Shown here: positions 1-11,954 of the stretch, in pieces
How positions within the stretch are numbered: the stretch's first letter is position 1
Layout of the letters: each line of letters starts with the position of its first letter
Assembly: GCF_006345805.1 (NCBI RefSeq)
Contig: NW_021836143.1
Span: 137,340 to 201,339, forward strand
Source: Octopus sinensis
Taxonomy: Eukaryota
DNA length: 64,000 bases
Reading direction: 5' to 3'
The notes under the pieces: model-generated
Told to the model about the DNA's origin: nothing
Seen by the model: only the letters and a program-made list of their open reading frames with translations
Database searches by the model: none
Position numbers and translations under genes: made by a program

Positions 1-72
1 CGCAGTGGGACTGAACCCGGAACCATGTGGTTGGTTAGCAAGCTACTTACCACACAGCCACTCCTGCGCCTA
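1..72 (-). mobile_element. tRNA-derived SINE family A, 5' head (body lies outside the window)
   Basis: Reverse complement is taggcgcaggagtggctgtgtggtaag...ggttccgggttcagtccc, with box A/box B-like motifs; same head as the copy at 55261. Confidence 0.9.
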
Positions 73-80
73 TTATTTAG

Positions 81-116
<36 letters not shown>

Positions 117-605
117 GACACATACACACAGAAAACACACAAGCACACATATACATACACTAACACACATGTACACACTCACAGTTAGTTGTCTAAGAAT
201 TCTAAACCAGAAAAAGTAGGCACTGATAACAGAGTGGGTTTATTAATATCTATGCAGTGCAGTATTATAGATCCATTTTAGCTAATTTTATCAATAGGCA
301 TAACCATACCCTTCCTACCAGCCCATATGACGAGTGCTGGGATAAGGATTTTCGTCAAACTTTCATCATGCGCAAAACTGAACGGTAAAATCAGTTGAAA
401 TGGATCTATATTAATAGAGAGAGAGAGAGAGAGGAGACTATGATTTATATTTCTAAACCAGCATAATCATCTGTCTTGCATTCAACTGCTGAGTTTAATG
501 CCCAGTTGCTTTCTTGTTTCAGTGTCACTTAACATATCTTGCAAGTTAACACAACATATCCAATGAATCAAACTCGATTTATTCCTCTTCAATTGCTGTA
601 ACACA

Positions 606-648
606 TCTAAATTCACTGATTCACATATTGTGAATCAGTGAATTTAGA
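606..648. repeat. Perfect 20-bp hairpin, 3-nt loop
   Basis: tctaaattcactgattcaca-tat-tgtgaatcagtgaatttaga. Confidence 0.9.
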
Positions 649-965
649 ATTTTGTACAAATGCCTAAAAGAAATATATATAAACATAGGTTTGTATGAAT
701 TACGAGATGGATATCTGAGGTATAATGCGAGTTTTTTCAAGTGCTTATCTTATCCTAAACCACGTAAAAGAAACCATACATTTCATGGTTTGGAAAAGAA
801 GTTAATTTTAAGTTAATAATTCCATGATGAGTTGATCAAGTAATTTTTTTAAGAGGGGAGAACCTCTGCATCCCAGACAATGTTACTTGGGTGTTTTGTT
901 GTATTTGCAATAATGTAAATATCAAAAGCTCTTCATGAAATCAATTTATTATACAGTTGAAATAT

Positions 966-1376
966 ACTCTCTTTACTCTTTTACTTGTTTCAGTCATTTG
1001 ACTGCGGCCATGCTGGAGCACCACCTTTTAGTCGAGCAAATCGACCTCGGGACTTATTCTTTGTAAGTCCAGTACTTATTATATCGTTCTCTTTTTGCCG
1101 AACCGCTAAGTGACGGGGACGTAAACACACCAGCATCGGTTGTCAAGCAATGCTAGGGGGACAAACACAGACATATATATATATATATACATATATACGA
1201 CGGGCTTCTTTTCAGTTTCCGTCTACCAAATCCACTCACAAGGCATTGGTCAGCCCGGGGCTATAGCAGAAGACACTTGCCCAAGATGCCACGCAGTGGG
1301 ACTGAACCCGGAACCATGTGGTTGGTTAGCAAGCTACACCACACAGCCACTCCTGCGCCTATACTCCTGCGCCTAT
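966..1376 (-). mobile_element. SINE family A, full length
   Basis: tRNA head, CORE-like cttgggcaagtgtcttc block, internal (TA/TG)n and GAGTAAAA tail; 14-nt duplication at the 5' end. Confidence 0.92.
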
Positions 1377-1980
1377 AAAAGAAACTAAACTATAGCTGTA
1401 TTGCTTTAAAAATATTTTATCTTTAAATTAGTAAACTGTACTATACTCCATGGAGAACTGTATGAGTCTGCAATCAGATTGAAGACAGGTCTGCAAGTTA
1501 GATTGATTGATAGGTTTAAGATTAGATAGAATGCCATTGAACAATTTCCTTTATTTAAGTAAAAGAAATTAAGTTGCAAGCCATTGATTTTTTTCTGCTA
1601 TATTTTTTTTTCTATTTGATGTACAAGATAAAAATAAGTAACTTGTTTTTTTAATATTTAAATTTCCAGTAGTTTTACTAATTTAATATATCGAGTATTT
1701 TTTTTTTTTTTTCATTATATTTTCCTTATTTTTTGCTTGCATCAGATCTGTTTGACATGTTAAAGTGGACAGCTGAGTTGACACAATTCCGGGCAACTGA
1801 CTGAATGTTTTCCCCCTGGCACATAACTTTAGTATGACTAAAAAACATACCTCTGAACTGTCTGGTGCACTGAGCTGCAATTCTATAGGAACAGCTCATA
1901 GATATTAAATATTTATTGAATAGGTAAACATACCTTTGGCTTTCGGTACTGATTTCAGTACTACAGTACACCCATATATT

Positions 1981-2390
1981 TTACTTGCTTCTCAATTACA
2001 TTGTTTCAGATTCATTCCCACAGTGTGACACTTTGAACAAGTGTTTTTCGTCTATAGTCCCAGGCTGACTAAAGCCTTGTGAGTGACTTTAGAAGACAGA
2101 AACTGAAAGCAACCTACCACGCGTACACACATACGTGTATGTGTGAGTTTATGTTGGTGTTTCTTTATCTTGACATCACATGATAGTTGTAAGCAAGTGT
2201 CACTGTCACACAAATAGTATACATTATTTCCTTCCAATCCTCCATGAAAACATGTCTGGCCAAGGGGTAATGTTACCTTATCTGGAAACAGATGAGGGTT
2301 GGTGACAGAAAGAGCATTTAGCCATAAAAAATCTTCCTCAGTAAATTCAATTTTAACCTGTGCAAGCATGGAAAGTGAACATTAAAATGT
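1981..2390 (+). mobile_element. SINE A2: family-A head with a different body and an RTE-type tail
   Basis: Head motifs (gccttgtgagtg...gaaactgaaag), then a gacatcacatgatagttgtaagcaagtg body, then a gcaagcatggaaagtgaacattaa tail like family C. Confidence 0.7.
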
Positions 2391-3478
2391 CCACTTCTAT
2401 CATGAAGAGTTTATATAATTGTTTATATTGGTAGATATCATTTAATTTTGTACAACTTACAACAAAGGAATAATTGGTACAGCAACAAGAATTCTACATG
2501 TTGGCATTTACTGAGTACCCTTATCAGTCCCCTAATATCACACACCACTCTTATCACTTACCTACTGCTCAAGTGCTGCTGCCATGAAAAACATATCCAG
2601 CACACTCTTTATAGTTGTTGGTGTTAAGGAAGGGAATCCAGCCATAGAAACAAATCCAAGAACAAAATACATAAGCAGGGCATGGTCTTCTGATCCATCT
2701 CAGCAAGCAATGTCTTCAAAGATGTGCTGACTATATCTATAGCAATCTATCCAATTCATACCATCTTGGAAAGAAGACAGATAATGATTACGACACATGC
2801 ACACGCATGTATGTGAATGATGCAGTATGTAAATAAAGAATAATTTGCAAACTGTATGAAATGAATTTGTTTTGCAATCCCTTATCTGTTGCTGGTATCT
2901 GTTGTTACTACAAGAGAAACTGCATTATTAATTAACTTAAGGGCTAAAAGCTATTAGGAATTTACTCAAAAGACTTACACTTTAATCTTTAGCCATTGCC
3001 TTGAATCAAAAATCTGCAAATTGGTATTCTAGTCTGATGTGCAAACTCACTGCATTTTCTTGAGAATTGGGACATAATTATGAGTCATAGCACTTTTCAC
3101 AATGACATATCTAAAACCCTCCAATTTGTCTTGTTTTTTAAGGCTGCATGTATATTTCTTGTGGCATTTGTTTCTTTCAGCATATTTTAGCTTAATATTG
3201 CAAAAGAGGTGTTAATTTATCTAAATAGTTTACATCTTCTCTCTCCATACCCCATGCTACTTGAAGTAACTGCAAACTAAGAATGTACAAAAAAAATTAA
3301 TTGAAATATAACACGGATAAACAAATAAAAATAACAAAAAAGGACTTAAATTTGAGATGTAGGAAATAAAATGTGATAGAGTAAAAAAAAATCTCTCCAT
3401 TTTTTTTTTTGCAGAACATTCGCACACAATTATGAAACTCACTCATGCACATAGATACAAAAGTACACAAACCAAACG

Positions 3479-3521
<43 letters not shown>

Positions 3522-3605
3522 ATATGTGCGTGTGTGTGTGCTCAGCATACACATTTATTTAGATCACAAGTGAACTAAACCCCTCATTTTATATATATAT
3601 TTATA

Positions 3606-3647
<42 letters not shown>

Positions 3648-4733
3648 TAGAGAGAGAGAGATGTGCATGTGTGTATCTATGTGTGTCGGCATGTATATAT
3701 GTGTGTGTGTATATATATATTACACATAAGCACATGCATACACACAGAGAGGAAGAGAAGACACATGATATTAAATCTTGAACTTGTGCCAAAATGATAG
3801 AACCAAGGGCTTTATAAAAAGAATGAAAATTCTACTGAGACAACTGTCAGAGATAATCATAAAACTCTTTTGTTCTAATAGCATTGTGGCACTGGTTTAA
3901 AATAATAGACATTCAAATTTCAATAAATTAAAAAAAAACAGTGAAGAAAAATAATAATTCAGGACTTCATTAAAATGTGACTAATTCCATAAATTTTATG
4001 TTCATGTAATTCATTTTTTCTCTTTTTTTTTTTTACATTTTCCTGAATAGAATTTTAATTTTAACTCAATTGTTTCTTATTTTAACTTTCTTTGTATTTT
4101 GTTTTTTCACCTCTGAAGAAAATATTTGTGAATGATTAAGACTTCACTAAATGGAGAATCATGAGGAAATTGTATGAAACACTTTGTTATTATGTTTTTT
4201 TTTTCCATGTAACACTGCTATTGCTACTGCTTTATCTAATTTTACCCTTCTATCAGTGTTGACATGAAGGTTTGAAGAAATCTCTAATCATGGTTTTCCA
4301 ATATGAAATTATATTACAAAATATCACTCCCTCTCTCTGACTTCTCTCATCCTTTATTTGAGAAGTTGTTTGTGAGTATCTGAAAATGTCTATTGCAGTA
4401 TGTATGTCTGTATGTTTGAGAATTAGAATGAATATATACCTTATGTATCAGTAGGCGTATGTATATGTCTCTATATTGCCTATAGTGTTGTAATTTATTT
4501 TTTAAGTCAACATAGTTGCAGGCATGCTAATGCAATACCTTCAGCAGTTTCTATTTCATGTTGTTTGTGATGTTCCTTCTCATTCCCAAGATCAAGTTAC
4601 ATTCTGTTTAGTTATTACTGATGCTAGGTTAGTGACTTTGCAGAAACTGATGTACCTTGTGTATTATTGCATATTAACTTCTTTCATTTTATTTGAGGAA
4701 CAAACGATCAGTTAACCCAGGTATTTATTAAAT

Positions 4734-5129
4734 ACTAGCAGTATCGCCCGGCGTTGGTCGGGTTTGTAAGGGAAATAACTATATAAGCATTTTTAGAGAG
4801 TTATAGCCAAACAATAGCAAAAAATGCATAAAAAATGGAAAAAAAATGGTGAATTTTTTTAAAAATCGTTGACTCATCGTAGACATTTTTAGAGAGTTAC
4901 TTCCCTTATATAATAGCGAAAAAATGCATTAAAATGGAAAAAAATGATGGTAAATTTTTCTTTAAATCGTAGACTCATCGTAGACGCGTGCTAATACCCA
5001 GAAGGGCTCGATATGAATCATGACTATAAGATACCCGGTTTTGGTTAAACTGCACCGCAAAATGTGGGAGTAGTTAGGAATCTAAATCGTAAGAAACAGA
5101 CACACAGCTTCACTTTTATATATAAAGAT
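4734..5129 (+). mobile_element. Non-autonomous Helitron/Helentron-type (HINE/DINE-1-like) element
   Basis: ACTAGC 5' end, 5' cccg..cggg hairpin, ~100-nt internal duplicated core, TATATAAAGAT 3' end, T|T flanks; second copy at 62983. The superfamily call is by analogy only. Confidence 0.6.
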
Positions 5130-5613
5130 TTCAGTGAAATCTTTGGTTAAATCAGTTAGAGTATACAATATGCAGTTAAATAATTCTAGGAGTAGATGGG
5201 ATTCTCCATAATAGTTTACAGTATGCCTGCATGTATAGAAGAACACTAGGAGTATACTTCTATAAATGTATAAAACGAGGAGTGACACAATAGTGTATCA
5301 ACAGGTCCATATGAATTCATAGGACATTTTGCCTCACTGACAGACAACCAGACAAAGTCTTGACAGTTGTATCTTCTTTCAAGTGTTACATTGCACCCAT
5401 ACGCAAAGTACATGGCAGAGTCTACTTAGCTACAAGTATGTTTAAGGATGGTAATATAATCGACTACAGAAAACAGGGAGAAGATGTTGCGATCAACAAG
5501 TATAGTGACAACCTTGCAATACTGAGTTCAATTCCTCGGACATGAAAAGGTGTCAATGATAGATCAACATCCTCTTCAAAGATATATGATATTCTATATA
5601 TATATATATATAT

Positions 5614-5867
5614 CTCATGCCGGTGGCACATAAAAAGCACCATCCGTTCGTGGCCGTTTGCCAGCTCTGTCTGGCACCAGTGCGGGTGGCACGTAAAAAG
5701 CACCCACTACACTCACGGAGTGGTTGGCGTTAGGAAGGGCATCCAGCCGTAGAAACACTGCCAGATTTGACTGGGCCTGATGAAGCCTTCTGGCTTCACA
5801 GACCCCAGTAGAACCGTCCAACCCATGCTAGCATGGAAAACAGACGCTAAACGATGATGATGATGAT
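5614..5867 (+). mobile_element. Family C RTE-tailed SINE-like element, 5'-truncated
   Basis: Subrepeats gtggcac(g/a)taaaaagcacc, palindromic ccatgctagcatgg and a (GAT)n tail. Confidence 0.88.
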
Positions 5868-5917
5868 ATACATATATATGTATATACATACACACACACA
5901 TATATATATATATACAT

Positions 5918-6120
5918 AGTTAATCCAAAGAGAAAACACAACAACGCGAGGACGTGGAACAAGTATAGTGTTATTGGACGCTCAGGAAAGCAGGAAAAAA
6001 AGAAAGAAGGGGGATTTAACGTTTCGAGCGGAGCTCTTCGTCAGAAATATTGGAAAAGGAAAGATCCAAAGAAGGGTAGATGGAGGAAAAAAAATCGCCA
6101 ACGGTACACATGCGATCACA
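5918..6120 (-). mobile_element. ~200-nt hammerhead-bearing non-autonomous element (Penelope pLTR/retrozyme-like)
   Basis: Second copy at 49604-49805; flanked by (TA/CA)n; contains a hammerhead fold. Confidence 0.75.
6014..6048 (-). ncRNA. Minimal type-I hammerhead ribozyme, intact core
   Basis: 5'-ATTT CTGACGA A GAGC tcc GCTC GAAA CGT T AAAT-3': stem I ATTT/AAAT, stem II GAGC/GCTC, palindromic stem III ACGT, predicted GUU cleavage site. Confidence 0.7.
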
Positions 6121-6121
6121 T

Positions 6122-6154
<33 letters not shown>

Positions 6155-6730
6155 CATACATACACACACACATATATACATACATACACACATATATACA
6201 TATATATATATATATATCTTTCATATTGTCAGAACAGTGAAAACCCTAAAACATGCACTCATCTTATAAAGCTTTGTAACTCAGAACAAGCATATACTTA
6301 AATCATTAACATGAAACTTTAGTTTTTAATAACACTAGCTTGGAGTTAAAAAGTACTACAGCTTGTTGTTTTAGGATGTAAACATGAACATATACTACAA
6401 AGATAAATATTCATTTATGAAAACATGTATCTACTCGCAGCTAGAAATTATAAATTTTAAGGAAAAATAGATACTATATTATATAAATATGAAATTTTAT
6501 ACTTTGAGTCATTATAATTATGAAGGTAAAGTAGGGTATAGTAGACACAAGTACAGATGTAGCTACAATTGAAAAATGCTTGTATGAGATTAAAAGTTGC
6601 CAGACTGGGGCAGGATAAGGCTCCCTTTTATTTTTATAATATGCAAGCAGTATGTACACAGCATTGCTTGGGTAAGAATATAATCAGAAAATTATAAAGT
6701 TAGTAATAAAAATCATCAAAAATCATTATA

Positions 6731-7143
6731 TAGGCGCAGGAGTGGCTGTGTGGTAAGTAGCTTGCTAACCAGCCACATGGTTCTGGGTTCAGTCCCACTG
6801 CGTGGCATCTTGGGCAAGTGTCTTCTACTATAGCCCCGGGCCGACCAAAGCCTTGTGAGTGGATTTGGTAGACGGAAACTGAAAGAAGCCTGTCGTATAT
6901 GTACATATATATATATATGTATATGTGTGTGTGTGTGTGTATGTCTGTGTTTGTCCCCCTTGACAACTGATGCTGGTGTGTTTAAGTCCCCGTCACTTAG
7001 CAAAAGAGACCGAAAGAGTAAGTACTAGGCTTACAAAGAATAAATCCCGGGGTCGATTTGCTCGACTAAAGGCGGTGCCCCAGCATGGCCGCAGTCAAAT
7101 GACTGAAACAAGTAAAAGAATATAAGAAAAAGAAAAGAAAAGA
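6731..7143 (+). mobile_element. SINE family A, full length
   Basis: Colinear with the copies at 966 and 55261. Confidence 0.92.
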
Positions 7144-8470
7144 ATAAAGTTAATTTATAAAGTAGGTTCACTATGCTCTTCATTTATGCTTGTATTGGAA
7201 TATATATTGGAAAATAAAAGGTTAAGACGGAAAATTATAATAAAATAACAAAGGTAGAGAAATGTGTAACCTGTGAATAAAATATGAAATTCTTTGCCCA
7301 CACAACAGGTGTATCAATTTGTAGGGTCACCATACAAATCAGAGTAGCATGAATGGTTGCATGTATGTATAACTATAGCTACAAATTTCATTGTATTTAA
7401 ACATTTTTAATTAGTTACATTTTGGGATTTTAAATTTTTTAACACTTGGACAAAAAACTTGATTTCAAACATAGTTAGTTTATCTCTTGCAGTCAGTGGA
7501 CAAACAATGTCTGGTTGAAGCCATTCAAACTCTCCTTATTCTATGAAAACAATAAAAAATGCATGTTATAACTCTAATTTATCTCTTCTTGAAAATGGCA
7601 TTAAGTAAGCACTCTAATTTATTATCTTTGGTAATGCCAATATCTGGAAAATATTCCTCTATTTAAGAAAACTATCTTAGTGCCTGGTCACAGATATTTA
7701 AGACTCATGGACAATCCAGATTAGTATAGCCTTCCCTGTACAAACTAAAAGATTTGAATGTTGATGTGAAAATTATAGGTTATTTGCAAGACAAATATTT
7801 AGCTAGAAGCCTTACAAATTTTTAATCAAGTTTGGAATATTTTTGCAAGCCAGGTAAAATATCTATAAAAGTTTGTGTTGCTACTGAATTTCAAAATTAA
7901 CATTCAAAGAATGGTATTATATGGTATCAGCTTAAATAATTTTCAAACAACAAGGAATTTGTAATGAAATAATGCATTTTAATAATGTAATATTCAACAT
8001 TTTCTGTAAAGATGTATAAAAATTTATATTGAATCTGAATCAGTTTTTGAAAGCCAGATAAAATCTATCAGTTTGTACAATAACTTCACAATATTTTTGC
8101 TTAATATTTCAATGCGCAATTTATTTTTCACTTCACCTGAAGATGCCACAAGCATTTCTTTTGAATAAACTGTTAACCATTAAGCTTTCAATTTAAGAAG
8201 AAAAAAAATTTTAAATGGTGTTAACTATTTTATTTCAAAAGGAATGAATTTAAATTAATCGTACATGAAATTACAATCGTTCTTATTTTAGTGGATGTAT
8301 ATTTCCAGTTTCAGAATATATACATATAATTTAAAAGAAAATAATCAGCATGATGGAGAAATGACTGCTGAAGGCTTTATACTCAAATGTATAGACTTGA
8401 ACAAGTTTATTCTAAAACCAATACCTTTCTTTAATTTAAAAAAATATATTTTACGACGACAAATAATAAT

Positions 8471-8683
8471 CCTTTCTACTATAGGCAAAAGGCCTGAAAT
8501 TTTTGAGGAAAGGGGAAAGTCTTTAGGTCGGCCCCAGTACCTGACTGGTATTTAATTTATCGACCTCAAAAGATGGAAAGCAAAATTGACCTCGGTAGAA
8601 TTTGAACTCACAATGTAAAGACAGATGAAATGCTGCTAAGCATTTTGCCTGGCATGCTAACGATTCTGCCAGCTCACCACCTT
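8471..8683 (-). mobile_element. tRNA-derived SINE B1 ((ATT)n-tailed)
   Basis: Reverse complement begins aaggtggtgagctggcagaatcgttagc, has a gagttcaaattc box B, and ends ...aggccttttgcctatagtagaaaggattatt. Confidence 0.85.
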
Positions 8684-8693
8684 AATAATAATA

Positions 8694-8752
<59 letters not shown>

Positions 8753-8765
8753 AATAACAACAACA
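8684..8765. repeat. (AAT)n microsatellite
   Basis: Direct reading. Confidence 0.95.
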
Positions 8766-8897
8766 AAGGATTTAAAGCACTTGAAAGATTATTGAAAGCT
8801 TTGGATACTTAAGGTTACAGGTAGTAACCTGCAACCCACATAAATTCTACCAGGAATAAGAATGAGCCTGAGTCAAATCACCAACAATAATAGTAAT

Positions 8898-9086
8898 CTT
8901 TTCTACTAGAGGCACAAAACCTAAAATTTGATGGGAGTGATTTGTTGATTTCATCCACTCTAGGACTCGACTGGTATTTATTTTATTGACCTCAAAAGGA
9001 TGGAGGGCAAAGTCAATCACAGTGGCATTTAAACTGCATTGCAGCATTTTGTCTGGTGTGCTAACAATTCTGCCAGCTTGCCACTT
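8898..9086 (-). mobile_element. SINE B1, diverged
   Basis: Same head and tail layout as the copy at 8471. Confidence 0.75.
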
Positions 9087-9153
9087 AATTCATAACAACA
9101 ACAACAGTAATAATAATAATAAAAATAATAATAATAATAATTATTATTATTAT

Positions 9154-9652
9154 TATGATAAACCCAGAAGGTGTTACTGAGAATGATGACTACAAAATCC
9201 TGAGGGATGTAATGATTCAGTGTGACCATCAGATCAGATATTAGAAACTTGATACTGTTGAGGTGAACAAAAAACGAAAACCACTTGCATGATAATTGAC
9301 ATAGCATTCCCAATGACAATAGGATCAAAGAGAAAGAAGAAGAACAACTGAACAACTACGACAATTTGAAGTGGGATATATGCAGGTTGTGGACAATGAG
9401 GAGAGTGGACATGATACCAGTAGTAATTGGTGCACTTAAAAGTATCAGCACTCAATTACTAATGAGTGCTGAAAAAGATTGGTACTAATGTAAAGATAGA
9501 ACACCTACAAAAATATTCATTGCTTGGAACTGCAAGAGTTCTACACAGGATTCCTCAAGTACGATCAGTAAACATGTGTCACATTAGTCTCCTGGCAGTG
9601 GACAGATGACACTTTCCATCATACCCAGCAACATAAGCTAAGAATTTTAATC
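9154..9652 (+). mobile_element. R4/Dong-like RLE LINE, 3' fragment with 3'UTR (pseudogenised)
   Basis: Frameshifted translation PEGVTENDDYKIL.DVMIQCDH..RKLDTVEVN...CMIIDIAFP...K...Y..LKW...IPVVIGAL, a PD-(D/E)xK-type RLE domain; flanked by (TAA)n. Confidence 0.85.
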
Positions 9653-9689
9653 AAATAATAACAGTAATCATAATAATATTAACAATAAC

Positions 9690-9730
<41 letters not shown>

Positions 9731-9770
9731 TACTAATAATAATGATAATAATAATAATAATGATGATAAT
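9653..9770. repeat. (AAT)n microsatellite
   Basis: Direct reading. Confidence 0.95.
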
Positions 9771-10132
9771 GCAAAGATCCAATGGGATTTTATGATTCAG
9801 TGTGACCATAAGATAGACAATAGGAAGCCAGACACAGTGTTAATTGGGAAAGAAAGCAAACAATGCTGGATCATAGATATAGCAGGCCCAGCTGACAACA
9901 AGGTATGCGATAAGGAAGAAAGAAAAGTTGACAGGTTAGCTTGGGAGGTTAAGCAGTTGTGGTAGATGAAAAAAGTGGTAGTAGTACCAATAAATGCCAG
10001 AACCCTGGGAACTGTGAGTAAAAATTTTGAGAAGTACATGAAACAAATAGGGGCTGCAGTAAGGGTGGACCACTTGCAGAAAACAGCACTGCTTGGAAGT
10101 ACTTGAATACTTCAGATGGTGCTTGAAAAATA
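9765..10132 (+). mobile_element. R4/Dong-like RLE LINE fragment, second subfamily
   Basis: NAKIQWDFMIQCDHKIDNRKPDTVLIGKESKQCWIIDIAGPAD...LAWEVKQLW...HLQKTALLG. Confidence 0.85.
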
Positions 10133-10217
10133 CTGATATATATATGATGTGGATTTGGGTTCATAATTTCCTATTGTCTTATACTCATATTCTATTTCTA
10201 GTATCCCATTGACAAAG

Positions 10218-10268
<51 letters not shown>

Positions 10269-10469
10269 TATATTATTATATGATTGAATGCCATGTATCC
10301 TTTTCCAAGCAGAATTCTGCATATATTAATGGATTTCAATATGTATATCCCGTAAAAAGAGATTTCCTGTTGTTTGATAGCACATGATAGCCAATGCCTG
10401 CAGAGGAGCTTTGCAAAGCACGTTATAAAGTTATTACCAAGAGAATAATATAAGTGTGTGTCTGTGTGT

Positions 10470-10815
10470 GAAGGTACATGGCTCGGTGCTTAGAGCATTG
10501 GGCTCACAATCATGAGGTAGCGAGTTTAATTCCTAGATCAGGCTGTATGTTGTGTTCTTGAGCAAGACACTTTATTTCATGTTGCTCCAATTCACTCAGC
10601 TGTAGAAATGAGTTGCTATGTCACTGGTGTCAATCTGTACTGACCATTCCCTTTTCCTTGGATAGCATTGGTGGCATTGAGAAGAGAGGCTGGTACGCAT
10701 GGGTGACTGCTGGTCTTCCACTACGAAACTTACCTGGACTTGTGCCTCAGAGTAACTTTCTAGGTGAAATCCATAGGGCATTCATGACCAAAGGGGCTCT
10801 CCAGCCTTTACCTTA
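10470..10815 (+). mobile_element. tRNA-derived SINE family D (CORE/Meta-like central domain, older)
   Basis: tggctcggtgcttagagc (box A-like), gagtttaattcc (box B-like), and a tgttcttgagcaagacacttta core-like block. Confidence 0.65.
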
Positions 10816-10983
10816 TGTGTGTGCATGGACACACACACACACATACATATATGTATATATATATATACATGCACACACACAAACATATATAAATATGTAT
10901 GTATGCATGTGTAAGTATATATATATATATACATATATACACAGTAGTTTGCATAATATTACCAGATATTTCAAACATGACAG

Positions 10984-11020
<37 letters not shown>

Positions 11021-11620
11021 AAGCTAACTGGGTTTGGAAAAGATGGCAGGTTTCTGAAATGATGGGAAAAGTAAATAATGTTTCATAATGAATATGACAG
11101 AAGAATGTGAGTAAAATAGCAAATCCTCAGAGAGTACTAAAAGAAAATAGTTGGTGCATGGTTGGAATGGTTCCAGATGTAGTTGGTGTGGTACATGGCT
11201 GCATGGATAACAGATGAAACAAAAATATGCCAGATTTTGAGATTCTGCCAAGAAGTGCTCCACCTGATACCCTCTTATGAGTCCTCTCCTGTTTATTATA
11301 GCTTTGCAGGACATATCAAAGTAATTTAAGACCAGCTGCCCATGGGACTCCATATGCTGATAATCTAAATCTCATAGTTAAAGCTGCTGAGCAATTATTG
11401 AATGTATTCCAACTATAGAAGTAAGGCTTAAAATCAAGAGGCTATGAAGGAAATTTCACTATTGTAGTAAAGAAAGGTAACAATTTTCTTGGTATCAGGC
11501 AAGAGGCCGTGTTTTATATGTAGAAAAACAGATTAGGTTGAAATGCTGCACTGTGTAGCAAGTCAGGCTAACTGCAAAGAATGACATTGTACGAAGTAGA
11601 TGCACAACGGTAGTTAATAC

Positions 11621-11856
11621 AAGGCGGCGAGCTGGCAGAAACGTTAGCACGCCGGGCGAAATGCTTAGCGGTATTTCGTCTGCGTTACGTTGTGAGTTCA
11701 AATTCCGCCGAGGTCGACTTTGCCTTTCATCCTTTCGGGGTCGATAAATTAAGTACCAGTTATGCACTGGGGTCGATGTAATTGACTTAATACCTATGTC
11801 TGTCCTTGTTTGTCCCCTCTGTGTTTAGCCCCTTGTGGGTAATAAAGAAATAGGTA
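11621..11856 (+). mobile_element. SINE B2 (AAATAGGTA tail), full length with TSD
   Basis: B head plus ...gtgggtaataaagaaataggta tail; flanking repeat ggtagttaatacaagg at 11609-11624 and 11853-11868. Confidence 0.92.
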
Positions 11857-11954
11857 GTTAATACAAGGAGGATTTATGAAAGAGTTATGAATACTCCAAA
11901 AGCTCTGTAGAAATAGTTTATCGCTTTTATCACAAGAAGACCTAATTAACAGAG

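Noticed and set aside
1851-1882. Possible 32-nt phase-compatible micro-exon on the minus strand (ELQLSAPDSSE)
   Set aside because: Weak pyrimidine tract and no Ig similarity; chance AG/GT.
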